Below are positions 19,003 to 28,306 of a stretch of DNA of 64,000 nucleotides, in pieces. Position numbers and translations under genes: made by a program. The DNA is from Alphaproteobacteria bacterium (GTDB lineage: Bacteria > Pseudomonadota > Alphaproteobacteria > SHVP01). Location: the NCBI GenBank assembly GCA_040216735.1, contig JAVJOO010000003.1, forward strand, positions 76,746 to 140,745, read 5' to 3'. Positions within the stretch are counted from its first letter, which is position 1. Every line of letters begins with the position of its first letter. The notes below the pieces were generated by a model. It was not told where the DNA came from. It saw only the letters and a list, made by a program, of their open reading frames with translations, and did not search any database.

Positions 19003-20868
19003 ATGGCAAGTTCGGCCGCGGTGGCTGAGATCAGCGCACCTCGCGAAGCACGGGAATCCGTGGTCGTTCGCTTTGCTGGCGATTCCGGCGACGGTATGCA
19101 GTTGACCGGTGGACAGTTCACCCAAGCGACGGCGCTCGCCGGCAACGATCTGGCGACCTTCCCCGACTTTCCCGCTGAAATTCGCGCGCCGACCGGAACA
19201 ACCTTTGGGGTGTCGTCGTTTCAGATCAACTTCGGGTCGCGGCGCATCAAAACATCGGGCGACGCGATCGACGTTTTGGTGGCGATGAACCCGGCTGCGC
19301 TAAAGGTGGAGCTGCCAAATGTGCGTGAGGGCGGTGTGATCGTCGCCGACGTCGGCAGCTTCAGCGAGCGGAACATCAAGCGGGCCGGCTTCGCGGCCAA
19401 CCCGCTCGAAGATAAGACCCTCGACGCCTACCGTGTTGTCGAGATCGACGTATCGGCGTTGACCATGGAGGCGGTCAAGGAATCGGGGCTCGGCAAAAAA
19501 GACGCGTTGCGCTGCAAGAACTTTTGGACCCTTGGGTTGGTCTATTGGATGTATGGACGCGACCGTAAAGCGACGGTCGATTGGCTTAACGGCAAATTCG
19601 CCAAACGGCCGGACCTAGCGGCCGCGAATATCGCCGCGCTGAATGCCGGTCACGCGTTTGGCGAGACTGCCGAACTGGACGACATGCCAAGCTATTCGGT
19701 AGCGGCAGCGGAGATCGCGCCGGGCCAATACCGAACGGTTTCGGGCGGCGAGGCGTTGGCCTGGGGACTGGTCGCCGGTGCCAACAAAGCCGGTCTGGAA
19801 ATCATGTTCGGGTCCTACCCGATCACGCCGGCGTCGCCGCTCCTGCATATTCTGTCTCGACTCAAGCAATTCGGCGTCGTCACCTTTCAGGCCGAGGACG
19901 AAATTGCCGCCGTATGTTCGGCGATTGGCGCATCCTTCGCCGGCCATCTTGGTATCACTTCAAGTTCGGGCCCCGGGATCGCGCTGAAAGGCGAGGCCAT
20001 CGGGTTGGCGATCAGCACGGAGTTGCCGTTGGTTGTCGTCAACTCGCAGCGGGCCGGCCCATCGACCGGCCTACCCACAAAGACCGAACAGTCGGACCTC
20101 TACCAGGCCGTTTACGGACGCAACGCCGACGCGCCGCTCGTTGTTCTCGCCTCGCGGTCACCGTCTGACTGCTTCGAAACCGCGGTCGAGGCGGTTCGTC
20201 TGGCAACGAAATATATGACCCCCGTGATGCTCCTGACCGACGGCTACATCGCCAATGCCGCCGAACCCTGGCTCATCCCGGATGTCGACAAGATCCCGCC
20301 ATTCAACGTGACCTTCCGTACAGATCCCGAAGGGTTCCACCCCTTCGTCCGTGACGAAAAGACCTTGGCGCGGAATTGGGCCGTCCCCGGGACGCCGGGC
20401 CTCGAGCACCGCATTGGCGGCATCGAAAAGGCCTATGGATCCGGTCACATCTCCTACGATGCGGCCAACCACCAGAAGATGACCGACACCCGAAAAGCGA
20501 AGATCGACGGGATTGCCAACGACATTCCCGAGCAGATTCCCGAACAGGGCGAGAGCTCGGGCAAGATCGCCGTTGTCGGCTGGGGCTCGACCTTTGGGCC
20601 GATCGATCGCGCGGTCTCCAACGTGCGGGCGGACGGTCACGCCGTCTCACATATTCATTTGCGCCATATTTGGCCGATGCCGCGAAACCTTGGGGCGTTG
20701 CTGGCCAATTTTGACAAGGTACTCGTCCCCGAAATGAATACCGGCCAGCTTGTCACGGTGTTGCGGGCTGAATACCTCGTCCCGGCCGAGCGCGTCAGCA
20801 AGGTGTCCGGCCAACCGTTCAAGATCGGCGAAATCGAAGGCGCGATTCGCGCCCATTTGGAGGCCTAG
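19003..20868 (+). CDS. korA: 2-oxoglutarate:ferredoxin oxidoreductase subunit alpha
   Basis: KorA-like sequence (VVVRFAGDSGDGMQLTGGQF..., GSYPITPASPLLH, VVNSQRAGPSTGLPTKTEQSDL); RBS GGAGAG. Confidence 0.9.
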   Translation: MASSAAVAEISAPREARESVVVRFAGDSGDGMQLTGGQFTQATALAGNDLATFPDFPAEIRAPTGTTFGVSSFQINFGSRRIKTSGDAIDVLVAMNPAALKVELPNVREGGVIVADVGSFSERNIKRAGFAANPLEDKTLDAYRVVEIDVSALTMEAVKESGLGKKDALRCKNFWTLGLVYWMYGRDRKATVDWLNGKFAKRPDLAAANIAALNAGHAFGETAELDDMPSYSVAAAEIAPGQYRTVSGGEALAWGLVAGANKAGLEIMFGSYPITPASPLLHILSRLKQFGVVTFQAEDEIAAVCSAIGASFAGHLGITSSSGPGIALKGEAIGLAISTELPLVVVNSQRAGPSTGLPTKTEQSDLYQAVYGRNADAPLVVLASRSPSDCFETAVEAVRLATKYMTPVMLLTDGYIANAAEPWLIPDVDKIPPFNVTFRTDPEGFHPFVRDEKTLARNWAVPGTPGLEHRIGGIEKAYGSGHISYDAANHQKMTDTRKAKIDGIANDIPEQIPEQGESSGKIAVVGWGSTFGPIDRAVSNVRADGHAVSHIHLRHIWPMPRNLGALLANFDKVLVPEMNTGQLVTVLRAEYLVPAERVSKVSGQPFKIGEIEGAIRAHLEA

Positions 20869-20869
20869 C

Positions 20870-21886
20870 ATGAACGTCGTACCGGAGCAGCTTACCGCCA
20901 AGGATTTCGCAACCGATCAAGAAGTGCGCTGGTGTCCGGGTTGTGGCGACTATGCCATCCTCAAGGCACTCCAACGGACCATGCCGGAGATCGGTGCGAC
21001 ACCGGAAAAGACGGTCTTTGTGTCGGGGATAGGCTGCGCGGCGCGCTTTCCCTACTACATGGAAACCTATGGGTTCCACACGATCCACGGGCGGGCACCG
21101 GCTTTCGCGACCGGGATCAAACTCTCTAACCCGGACCTCGACATCTGGGTCGTCGGTGGCGACGGGGATATGTTGTCGATCGGCGGCAATCATCTCCTGC
21201 ATGCCTTGCGCCGTAACGTCGATCTTCAGATTCTGATCTTTAACAACGAGATCTACGGTCTGACCAAAGGCCAGTATTCGCCAACCTCGCGCATCGGCAC
21301 ACGTTCGCCGTCGACGCCCCAAGGCTCGGTCGAAGCGCCGGTTTCGGCGGCTCTGTTCGCGCTCGGTTCGGGTGCCCGCTTCGTTGCCCGCTCGGTCGAT
21401 ACCGATCAAAAACATCTACCTGTGATGTTCAAACGCGCCCATGCCCACCGTGGCGCGTCGCTTCTGGAAATCTTCCAAAATTGCATCGTCTACAACGATG
21501 GCGTCTTCGATGGATTTAAAGATCCCTCCGTTGCCGCGGATCGGCAGGTGCGGGTCGAGCACGGCCAACCGATGATTTTCGGCAAAGAGAAGAATCGCGG
21601 CTTGCGCTTGCGTCCCGGTGCGTTCGAATTCGAGGCGGTGACCATTGGCGAGAACGGCGTCACCGCCGAGGATATTGCGATCCATGACGAGACAAATCGT
21701 GTGATGGCCACGCTGCTGGCGTCCATGGATCCCGACACCTTGCCGGTTGCCCTTGGGGTGCTCTATTGCAATCCGGCGCCGACCTACGAGACGGGCGTCC
21801 TGTCGCAGGCCGCCGACGTTCGCGCGAAATCGCCGAATGCAAACCTCAACAAACTACTGCGTTCAGGCTACACTTGGACCGTGTGA
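20870..21886 (+). CDS. korB: 2-oxoglutarate:ferredoxin oxidoreductase subunit beta (TPP-binding)
   Basis: WCPGCGDYAIL, GIGCAARFPYYM, TPP motif GGDGDMLSIGGNHLLHA...NNEIYGLTKGQ; ATG 2 nt after the korA stop. Confidence 0.9.
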   Translation: MNVVPEQLTAKDFATDQEVRWCPGCGDYAILKALQRTMPEIGATPEKTVFVSGIGCAARFPYYMETYGFHTIHGRAPAFATGIKLSNPDLDIWVVGGDGDMLSIGGNHLLHALRRNVDLQILIFNNEIYGLTKGQYSPTSRIGTRSPSTPQGSVEAPVSAALFALGSGARFVARSVDTDQKHLPVMFKRAHAHRGASLLEIFQNCIVYNDGVFDGFKDPSVAADRQVRVEHGQPMIFGKEKNRGLRLRPGAFEFEAVTIGENGVTAEDIAIHDETNRVMATLLASMDPDTLPVALGVLYCNPAPTYETGVLSQAADVRAKSPNANLNKLLRSGYTWTV

Positions 21887-21937
21887 GGGCGTCCAGGGAC
21901 CGGAAGCGCTAGGCCCTCCCGTATTGGGTCTTTTCTA
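21885..21937 (+). terminator. putative rho-independent terminator after korB
   Basis: GC-rich imperfect hairpin (gagggc...gccctc) followed by cgtattgggtcttttct. Confidence 0.35.
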
Positions 21938-21963
21938 ACAACGGCGCTCCCGCGAAAGGGACA

Positions 21964-22518
21964 ATGGACTACGACCTAGGGCTCTTTACCGTCGTCGTCG
22001 CCGATGACAACGCGTATATGCGGGGTCTCCTGAAGACTCTGCTGCATACCATCGGCGTCGGTACCGTCATTGCCGTTGGCGACGGTTCCGAAGCGATCGA
22101 AACCCTCAAAAAAGTTGGGCAAGATCCCGTCAAGGGGGGGATCAATTCGATCGATCTCGTCATGGCCAATTGGCAGATGAGTCCGGTGGACGGTCTGTTG
22201 CTCCTGAAGTGGGTGCGCCGCCACAAGGAATCGCCGGACAAGTTCATGCCCTTCGTTATGGTGACCGGTTTTGCCGATATGTCCCATGTCAACGAAGCGC
22301 GCGATCTAGGCATCTCCGAGATTCTCGGCAAACCCTATTCGGTGCAGTCTCTGATGCAGCGGCTGGGGCAAGTGATAGAACGACCGCGGCAATATGTTCT
22401 CACCCCAACGTACTTCGGCCCTGATCGGCGTCGACGCAAGACCGAGTCGCGCCTAGCCGATCGCCGCAAGATCAAACCCGAAGAGATAGAGATCATTTAT
22501 GACGACGAAATCTCTTGA
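21964..22518 (+). CDS. single-domain response-regulator receiver with Asn at the phospho-acceptor position (atypical/pseudo-receiver)
   Basis: CheY-like fold: VVVADD (acidic pocket), MVTG (Thr), GKPY (Lys). The D57-equivalent motif reads DLVMANWQMSPVDG, codon aat, so Asn sits where Asp should. Confidence 0.8.
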   Translation: MDYDLGLFTVVVADDNAYMRGLLKTLLHTIGVGTVIAVGDGSEAIETLKKVGQDPVKGGINSIDLVMANWQMSPVDGLLLLKWVRRHKESPDKFMPFVMVTGFADMSHVNEARDLGISEILGKPYSVQSLMQRLGQVIERPRQYVLTPTYFGPDRRRRKTESRLADRRKIKPEEIEIIYDDEIS

Positions 22519-23023
22519 ACTCGACCCCAAGGGCAAGATCAAGGTCCGCTATTTCCGCTTACGGAACCGATTGAAGGAAAAAGCCGGTACCGGCCAGCAC
22601 CGCGAACCAGGCAACTTCGCGATGAAAGCGCTGGAACAGGCAATGGCCGAACTCGACAAGTTCGCCGAAGACTATCCGGATTGGGTCCAGGGACAGGTGC
22701 GCGAACTCTACGATGTCCTAAAGAAGGCGCGCGACAAGGATGACACCCGGCGCTCTATCGAATTCAAACGCATCAACGAGATCGCGCACGATATGCGCGG
22801 GCAGGGTGGCACATTCGGCTATCCCCTAGTCACGACGGTTGCCGATTCCTTGTACAAATTGACCGGCACCCGTGCACTGACCAGTGAAAGCCACCTTGAA
22901 ATCGTCAAATCCCACATCGACACGATGAACGCGGTTATCAAGGAACGGGTCGAAGGCGACGGCGGCATTTTGGGCCGCGAACTTTTGACCGCGCTGGAAA
23001 AGGCCATCGAGAAGTTCTCCTGA
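22499..23023 (+). CDS. Hpt (histidine phosphotransfer)-like domain protein
   Basis: INEIAHDMRGQGGTFGYPLVTTVADSLYKL resembles the Hpt helix with AHxxKG-type phospho-His motif; 20-nt overlap with the receiver gene. Confidence 0.55.
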   Translation: MTTKSLELDPKGKIKVRYFRLRNRLKEKAGTGQHREPGNFAMKALEQAMAELDKFAEDYPDWVQGQVRELYDVLKKARDKDDTRRSIEFKRINEIAHDMRGQGGTFGYPLVTTVADSLYKLTGTRALTSESHLEIVKSHIDTMNAVIKERVEGDGGILGRELLTALEKAIEKFS

Positions 23024-23145
23024 CCGTCTAGCGTGTGCATATTGCCGCGCCGGTTTCACGCGTCCGTGGTTGCTTGACATTGGCGGGATGCGCCCCGATT
23101 CTACGGCCAAATTCTAACAACAATCGACTTCGGGAGGACGTCAGG

Positions 23146-23820
23146 ATGGAATCTTCGGATCTCACGCCGCGCGAGTACTACGCCCAGATCAAGGCCAATC
23201 CGAACCGGGCGAAGTTCGGCTTCGGACGTAAACCGATCCTGGTGAATATCGATCTGCAAAAGGCCTATACGGCGGTCGGGAAGTTCAAGACCGCTTACGA
23301 GACGGACCCCAAGCAGCTCGACTATATCAACACCCTCGCCGAAATTTGCCGATCCAAGAACCTGCCGGTCGTCTGGACACATGTCGGCTACATGGAAACG
23401 GCTGCTGATGCCGGTGTGTGGGGCACGCGAACCGATACACCGGATTCGCTGCAAAACATCAAAGTCGGATCGGAACGGTTCGAGTTCGACGACCGGTTGA
23501 AAATCGACCCGACCCGCGACGCCATCTACAACAAACTGATGCCGTCCGCCTTCCACGAGACCTCGCTGCAATCGCTTTGCGTGTGGCACCAGGTCGACAC
23601 CATCATCCTCACCGGGGGGTCGACTTCGGGTTGCGTACGGGCCACTTGCGTTGAGTCGCTGTCGCGCGGCTACCGGACAATCGTCGCGGAGGAGTGTGTC
23701 GCGGACAAGCATGAAATTCCGCACTACGCGAACCTGTGCGACATGCAACTCAAGTACGCCGACGTCGAACCCTTCAGCGTCGTCAAGGAATACCTGGAGA
23801 ACTATCAGGCGGCCAACTAG
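23146..23820 (+). CDS. isochorismatase-family cysteine hydrolase
   Basis: ILVNIDLQKAY, catalytic Cys region IILTGGSTSGCVRATCVES; ATG 23146 (MESSDLTPREYY) preferred over the track start at 23035. Confidence 0.8.
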   Translation: MESSDLTPREYYAQIKANPNRAKFGFGRKPILVNIDLQKAYTAVGKFKTAYETDPKQLDYINTLAEICRSKNLPVVWTHVGYMETAADAGVWGTRTDTPDSLQNIKVGSERFEFDDRLKIDPTRDAIYNKLMPSAFHETSLQSLCVWHQVDTIILTGGSTSGCVRATCVESLSRGYRTIVAEECVADKHEIPHYANLCDMQLKYADVEPFSVVKEYLENYQAAN

Positions 23821-23858
23821 CTGCCATCGAAGCCGCATAGCAAACGATTGGAGGGGCT

Positions 23859-24785
23859 GTGAAAGCCGATCTCGGTCTTTACGAATACTTGCCGTGGAAC
23901 GCCCGGCCGTCGATCAAATGGCCCAATGGCGCCAAGGTCGCTTTCTGGGTTGCCCCGAACATCGAGTACTACGAACTGGATCCGCCGGTGAACCCATTGC
24001 GCACGCCTTGGGGAAAGCCGCCACCGGACGTCGTTCCCTATGCGGAGCGCGATCACGGTAACCGGGTCGGCCACTGGCGTATGATGGATGTCATGGACCG
24101 CTACGGGGTCCGTGGTTCGATCTCGCTCTCGATCGCGCTACTCGACCATCACCCCGAGATCATCGAGGCCTGCAAAGAACGGAACTGGGAATTCTTCTCG
24201 CACGGGATCTACAACACCCGGTATTCCTACGCGATGAACGAGGTGCAGGAACAGGCGATCATCACCGATTCGATCGACAACGTCCTCAAGCATACGGGCC
24301 AACGGATTGCCGGATATCTCGCGCCGGCCCTCACCCACACCGAGCGCACGATGGACCTGCTAGCCAAGAACGGCATCCTCTATACGTGCGATTTGTTCAT
24401 CGACGACCAGCCGTTTCCGGTCAATGTCAAAGAGGGCAAGTTCATTTCGATCCCTTACTCTCTCGAGATGAACGACATCATCGTCTACAACGGCAGTATG
24501 GTGCCGCCCCGGCGCTATGCCGACATGCTGAAGTCGAACTTCGATCGGCTGCGCAGCGATGGTGCAAAGAACGGCACAGTGATGTGTATTCCGCTTCACG
24601 CTTACGCGGTCGGGCAGGGCCATCGCCTTGCGGCCTTCGAAGATGCGCTCAAGTACATCACCAGTCACGACGATGTTTGGGTCGCGACGGGTCGTGAAAT
24701 TGCCGAGTATTACTACGAGCACTATTACGACGAATACGTCCAAGCGATTCAAGACTTCAAGAAAAAGCATCCGGCGAGGAGCTAG
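23859..24785 (+). CDS. polysaccharide deacetylase family protein, PuuE/allantoinase-like
   Basis: KVAFWVAPNIEYYE, RDHGNRVGHWRMMDVMDRYGVRGS, IPLHAY motifs. Confidence 0.8.
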   Translation: MKADLGLYEYLPWNARPSIKWPNGAKVAFWVAPNIEYYELDPPVNPLRTPWGKPPPDVVPYAERDHGNRVGHWRMMDVMDRYGVRGSISLSIALLDHHPEIIEACKERNWEFFSHGIYNTRYSYAMNEVQEQAIITDSIDNVLKHTGQRIAGYLAPALTHTERTMDLLAKNGILYTCDLFIDDQPFPVNVKEGKFISIPYSLEMNDIIVYNGSMVPPRRYADMLKSNFDRLRSDGAKNGTVMCIPLHAYAVGQGHRLAAFEDALKYITSHDDVWVATGREIAEYYYEHYYDEYVQAIQDFKKKHPARS

Positions 24786-24789
24786 CGCT

Positions 24790-25755
24790 ATGGCACGCCC
24801 CCCTATCGAACAAAAAGAAGTTTCCGGCGCTACCGTTCCGGACAGCTATCTCGAATATGCCCACCGCGGCTACGGCATGGACCACGACCGTTACGATTGG
24901 TCGTTGTTGGTACGCAGGAAGCCGGTTGCTTGGCCGAATAAGGCGCGGGTCGCCCTGTGGATCAATGTGGCGTTCGAGTTTTTTCCGTTGGACACACCTG
25001 CAAAGCCGTTCAAGGCGCTGGGCGGGATGGTCACGTCCTATCCCGATTTGCGCCATTACTCGTTGCGCGACTATGGCAACCGGGTCGGTATCTTTCGGGT
25101 CATGGATGCCCTCGATGCCGCGGGCATCGACAAAGTCACGGCCTCCTTCAATTCGAAGGTCGCCCAGCGCTACCCCTACCTGATCGATCAGGTGAACGCG
25201 CGTGGCTGGGAGGTCATGGCCAACGGTATCGACATGGCCAAACTTCACTATTCGGGTCTGCCCGCAGAGCAAGAAAAGGCTCAGGTCAAGGAATCCCTAG
25301 CCGTACTACGCGAGATGTCCGGCCAACCGGTCAAGGGTTGGCTGTCTCCGGCGCGCTCGGAATCCTTCGAAACGCCGGATTACATCGCCGCCGAGGGCGT
25401 CGAGTATTTCTGCGACTGGATCAACGACGACATGCCCTATCCCTTCCGCACGAAATCGGGCGAGATCGTCGCGATGCCGCATCAACACTGGATCGACGAT
25501 TCGGTGGTTTGGCTGCACTACAAGCACCAGGAGCAAGACTTCGTCGACCAAGTGAAGGATCAGTTCGATCTGATGTACGACGAAGCGGGACGCGAGGGCG
25601 GCCGTATCATGGCGATCACCATTCACCCGTGGATGTCCGGTCAGCCGCATCGCATCAAATACCTCGAAGAGGCGCTCAACTACGTCGGCAAACACGCGGG
25701 CGTATGGAACGCCACGGGCTACGACATCATGCAAGAGTGGAAAAAGCAGCAGTAA
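24790..25755 (+). CDS. polysaccharide deacetylase family protein, PuuE-like (paralog of the upstream gene)
   Basis: RVALWINVAFEFF, RDYGNRVGIFRVMDALDAAGIDKVT, ITIHPW; collinear with the preceding gene; ATG 24790. Confidence 0.8.
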   Translation: MARPPIEQKEVSGATVPDSYLEYAHRGYGMDHDRYDWSLLVRRKPVAWPNKARVALWINVAFEFFPLDTPAKPFKALGGMVTSYPDLRHYSLRDYGNRVGIFRVMDALDAAGIDKVTASFNSKVAQRYPYLIDQVNARGWEVMANGIDMAKLHYSGLPAEQEKAQVKESLAVLREMSGQPVKGWLSPARSESFETPDYIAAEGVEYFCDWINDDMPYPFRTKSGEIVAMPHQHWIDDSVVWLHYKHQEQDFVDQVKDQFDLMYDEAGREGGRIMAITIHPWMSGQPHRIKYLEEALNYVGKHAGVWNATGYDIMQEWKKQQ

Positions 25756-25774
25756 CCTGCTGCAGCGATCGACA

Positions 25775-25812
25775 CAAAAAAGGGGCGCCCACAGGCGCCC
25801 CTTTTGCATTTG
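25775..25812. terminator. bidirectional rho-independent terminator between convergent genes
   Basis: aaaaaaggggcgcc-caca-ggcgccccttttgcattt; a second hairpin gcagcag-taac-ctgctgc overlaps the upstream stop codon. Confidence 0.6.
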
Positions 25813-25824
25813 GTCGGTTGCTGC

Positions 25825-26985
25825 TTACTTCGTCGCAGCGTAGATGAACCACTGGCCGGGACCGGGGCTATAGGTGTCCTCGTCCGTCGGTCGGATCTGG
25901 TTAGCGAAGGTCTGTACGATATTTTTCTTTTTGAAGCCGGCGCGCAGCGCGACGTCCTCAAGGTCCATATCGTGCATTCGGCCCCAGAACGGCTCGTTGT
26001 TGTTATGGGTGTCCCAATCCTTCATAAGCTGCTCGAACGGGTCGTCGATCAACTTGAACGGGGGTTGCTCGACGTGGAGCATGAGCCCGCCTGGTTTGAG
26101 CAACCGGTAATTCTCTTTGACGATGTTGTAGACGGCTTTGTTCGACGTTTCGTGCAGGAACATCGTGGACAACACCATGTCGAAGGATTCGTCCTCGTAC
26201 TTGGTGTGCTCGGCATTCTGCTGCGAGAACGTGACGCCATAACCGAGGCTTTCCGCCCGGCGATGACCGTAGCGCAGGCATGGGCCGCCGATGTCGATCC
26301 CGATGACTTCGGCATCCGGCCAGGCATCCTTGTACGGCAACGTATTGGCGCCAACCGTGCACCCTTGATCGAGAATCCGCTTCGGCTTGATGTGCGGATA
26401 GTTCTCCTTGATCCAGGCCGCTACCGCATAGCCGGCACCGTTGTTGTACTTGCCCAGCATGCCGCCGGTCGAAAAGTACAATCCGCCGGCGTCGTACATG
26501 GCACCCGCCGAAACATCGTCTTTAGTGAATTCGGTGAAGAAGCTGCCCGGCATCCAGTGCATGTCGAACGGCGTGTGGTAGCGCGGGACTTCGAAATTCG
26601 GATCGATCTCGACCGTACCTTTATCGGTCTTGCGCGGCTTAGCGCGCTCGATCAGGTCATCCAACTGGCGCTCGACGAGCTTGCGCCGCTCGTTATAGCC
26701 GTTTTCCTGGGCATAGAGCCGCAGCATGCTCCAAAGGCGGAAATACTCTTCCTCCAGCATTGCTTTACGGACCTCGTGGCGGTCCTTCGGTTTGCGGCCG
26801 TGCGCCTTTTCAAAGGCCGGTTCGACTTTGTTGTCGTAGAGCTTGCGATGGCCCGGCCAAATTTCGGATCCGACGTGCTTGAACAGATTCATCATGAAAT
26901 CCATCCGCGCGGATTCGTCGTGATCGGTATCGACGACCATCTCGTGTTTGCCGAAGCCCCGCCACGTTACATTTTCTTGTTGCAT
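25825..26985 (-). CDS. two-domain class I SAM-dependent methyltransferase, paralog 1 (conserved N-terminal extension plus Rossmann MT domain)
   Basis: MT motif I ILDQGCTVGANT, EVIGIDIGGPCLRYGHRRAESLG, FSQQNAEHTKYEDESFDMVLSTMFLHETS, RLLKPGGLMLHVEQP. The N-terminal region has HGRKPKDRHEVRKAM and MHWMPGSF. RBS GGGAGAA. Confidence 0.8.
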   Translation of the reverse strand: MQQENVTWRGFGKHEMVVDTDHDESARMDFMMNLFKHVGSEIWPGHRKLYDNKVEPAFEKAHGRKPKDRHEVRKAMLEEEYFRLWSMLRLYAQENGYNERRKLVERQLDDLIERAKPRKTDKGTVEIDPNFEVPRYHTPFDMHWMPGSFFTEFTKDDVSAGAMYDAGGLYFSTGGMLGKYNNGAGYAVAAWIKENYPHIKPKRILDQGCTVGANTLPYKDAWPDAEVIGIDIGGPCLRYGHRRAESLGYGVTFSQQNAEHTKYEDESFDMVLSTMFLHETSNKAVYNIVKENYRLLKPGGLMLHVEQPPFKLIDDPFEQLMKDWDTHNNNEPFWGRMHDMDLEDVALRAGFKKKNIVQTFANQIRPTDEDTYSPGPGQWFIYAATK

Positions 26986-27112
26986 GTGTTCTCCCGCCCC
27001 TAGGCTGTCTCGCTAGCGCCAATATACCACACCGCCTTGGCCAAATTGGTCTAGGAATTTTGGCGTACGGATAGTGAACATCTTCGCGAGAGAATGGCCT
27101 GAATTCCCTGAT

Positions 27113-28306
27113 TTAGGTCAATTTCCGGGTTCGCGCAGGGGTGACGCCGGCGTCCCTTAAGGCCTCGATTTCGCTGGCGTCGAAGCCGAATTCGGCCAAA
27201 ACCTCGGCGCTGTGGGCGCCGAATGCCGGGGGTTCGGTGTGCGTCCCGGCGGGCGTTCGGCCAAATTTTATGGGCGGTCCGATGGTCCGAATACGGCCCG
27301 CGTCGACGATCATGTTGCGGTGCGCCGCGTGGGGATGGTTCATCGCATCTGGGATCGACAGCACAGCGCCGGCGGGGATCCCGATCTCCATCAACCGTTT
27401 GGCCAAGGTTTCGCCGTCCTGCGCGGACAGCGCCCCCTCCAATGCCGTTCTCAACTCGTCCTGATGGTTCAGACGGTCGGCGTTGGAGGCGAACCGCGGC
27501 TCGTCGGCGATGTCTGGTTGCCCAATTTCGACACACAGTCGGCGGAACTGCCGGTCGTTGCCGACGGCCAGGAAGAGGTTATGTCCGGCGGTCTGGAACA
27601 AGTCGTACGGCGCAATATTGGGGCTTCGGTTGCCCATCATCTTGGGCGGTCGGTCCGTCATGAACCAGTTGTGCGGGTAGGGCAGAAGGATCGACAGCGC
27701 CGCATCGTACAACGTGACTTCGAGGAACTGGCCTTTGCCGGAGCGGCGGCGCTCCTCTGCCGCCATCAGAATGCCGATCGCTGTATTTAGACCGGTAACC
27801 ATATCGACGATCGAAACCCCTACGCGCACCGGCCCGCTATCCGGATCGCCGTTGACGCTGAGAAGGCCCGACCATGCCTGGACCGCACCGTCGTAGCCCG
27901 GCATCCCACCCAGTGGGCCGTCGCTGCCGAAGCCCGTGATGCGGGCATGGATCAGCTTGGGAAAGCGTTCTTGCAGGTCGTCCGGACCGATGCCCCAGCG
28001 TTCCATCGTCCCAACTTTGAAATTCTCGACGACGATGTCGGCGGTCTCGAGCAGGCGCATCAGGACGGCGCGGCCTTCCTCCGTTGACAGGTCCAGCGCG
28101 AGGCTGCGCTTGTTGCGGTTGAGACTCGCAAAATAAGCACTCAAGCCGTGACTGAACGGCGGACCCCACTCGCGCGTTTCATCGCCCTGGGGCGGCTCGA
28201 CCTTGATCACGTCGGCACCGTGATCGGCCAGCATTTGGGTGCAATAGGGGCCGCCGAGGACCCGGGACAGGTCGATGACTTTCATCCCCTCCAGTGCGCG
28301 GCTCAT
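27113..28306 (-). CDS. CoA transferase, family III (CaiB/BaiF-like)
   Basis: MSRALEGMKVIDLSRVLGGPYCTQMLADHGADVIKVEPP; the track ORF has a 184-aa Arg-rich spurious N-terminal extension; the ATG overlaps the upstream stop. Confidence 0.85.
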   Translation of the reverse strand: MSRALEGMKVIDLSRVLGGPYCTQMLADHGADVIKVEPPQGDETREWGPPFSHGLSAYFASLNRNKRSLALDLSTEEGRAVLMRLLETADIVVENFKVGTMERWGIGPDDLQERFPKLIHARITGFGSDGPLGGMPGYDGAVQAWSGLLSVNGDPDSGPVRVGVSIVDMVTGLNTAIGILMAAEERRRSGKGQFLEVTLYDAALSILLPYPHNWFMTDRPPKMMGNRSPNIAPYDLFQTAGHNLFLAVGNDRQFRRLCVEIGQPDIADEPRFASNADRLNHQDELRTALEGALSAQDGETLAKRLMEIGIPAGAVLSIPDAMNHPHAAHRNMIVDAGRIRTIGPPIKFGRTPAGTHTEPPAFGAHSAEVLAEFGFDASEIEALRDAGVTPARTRKLT

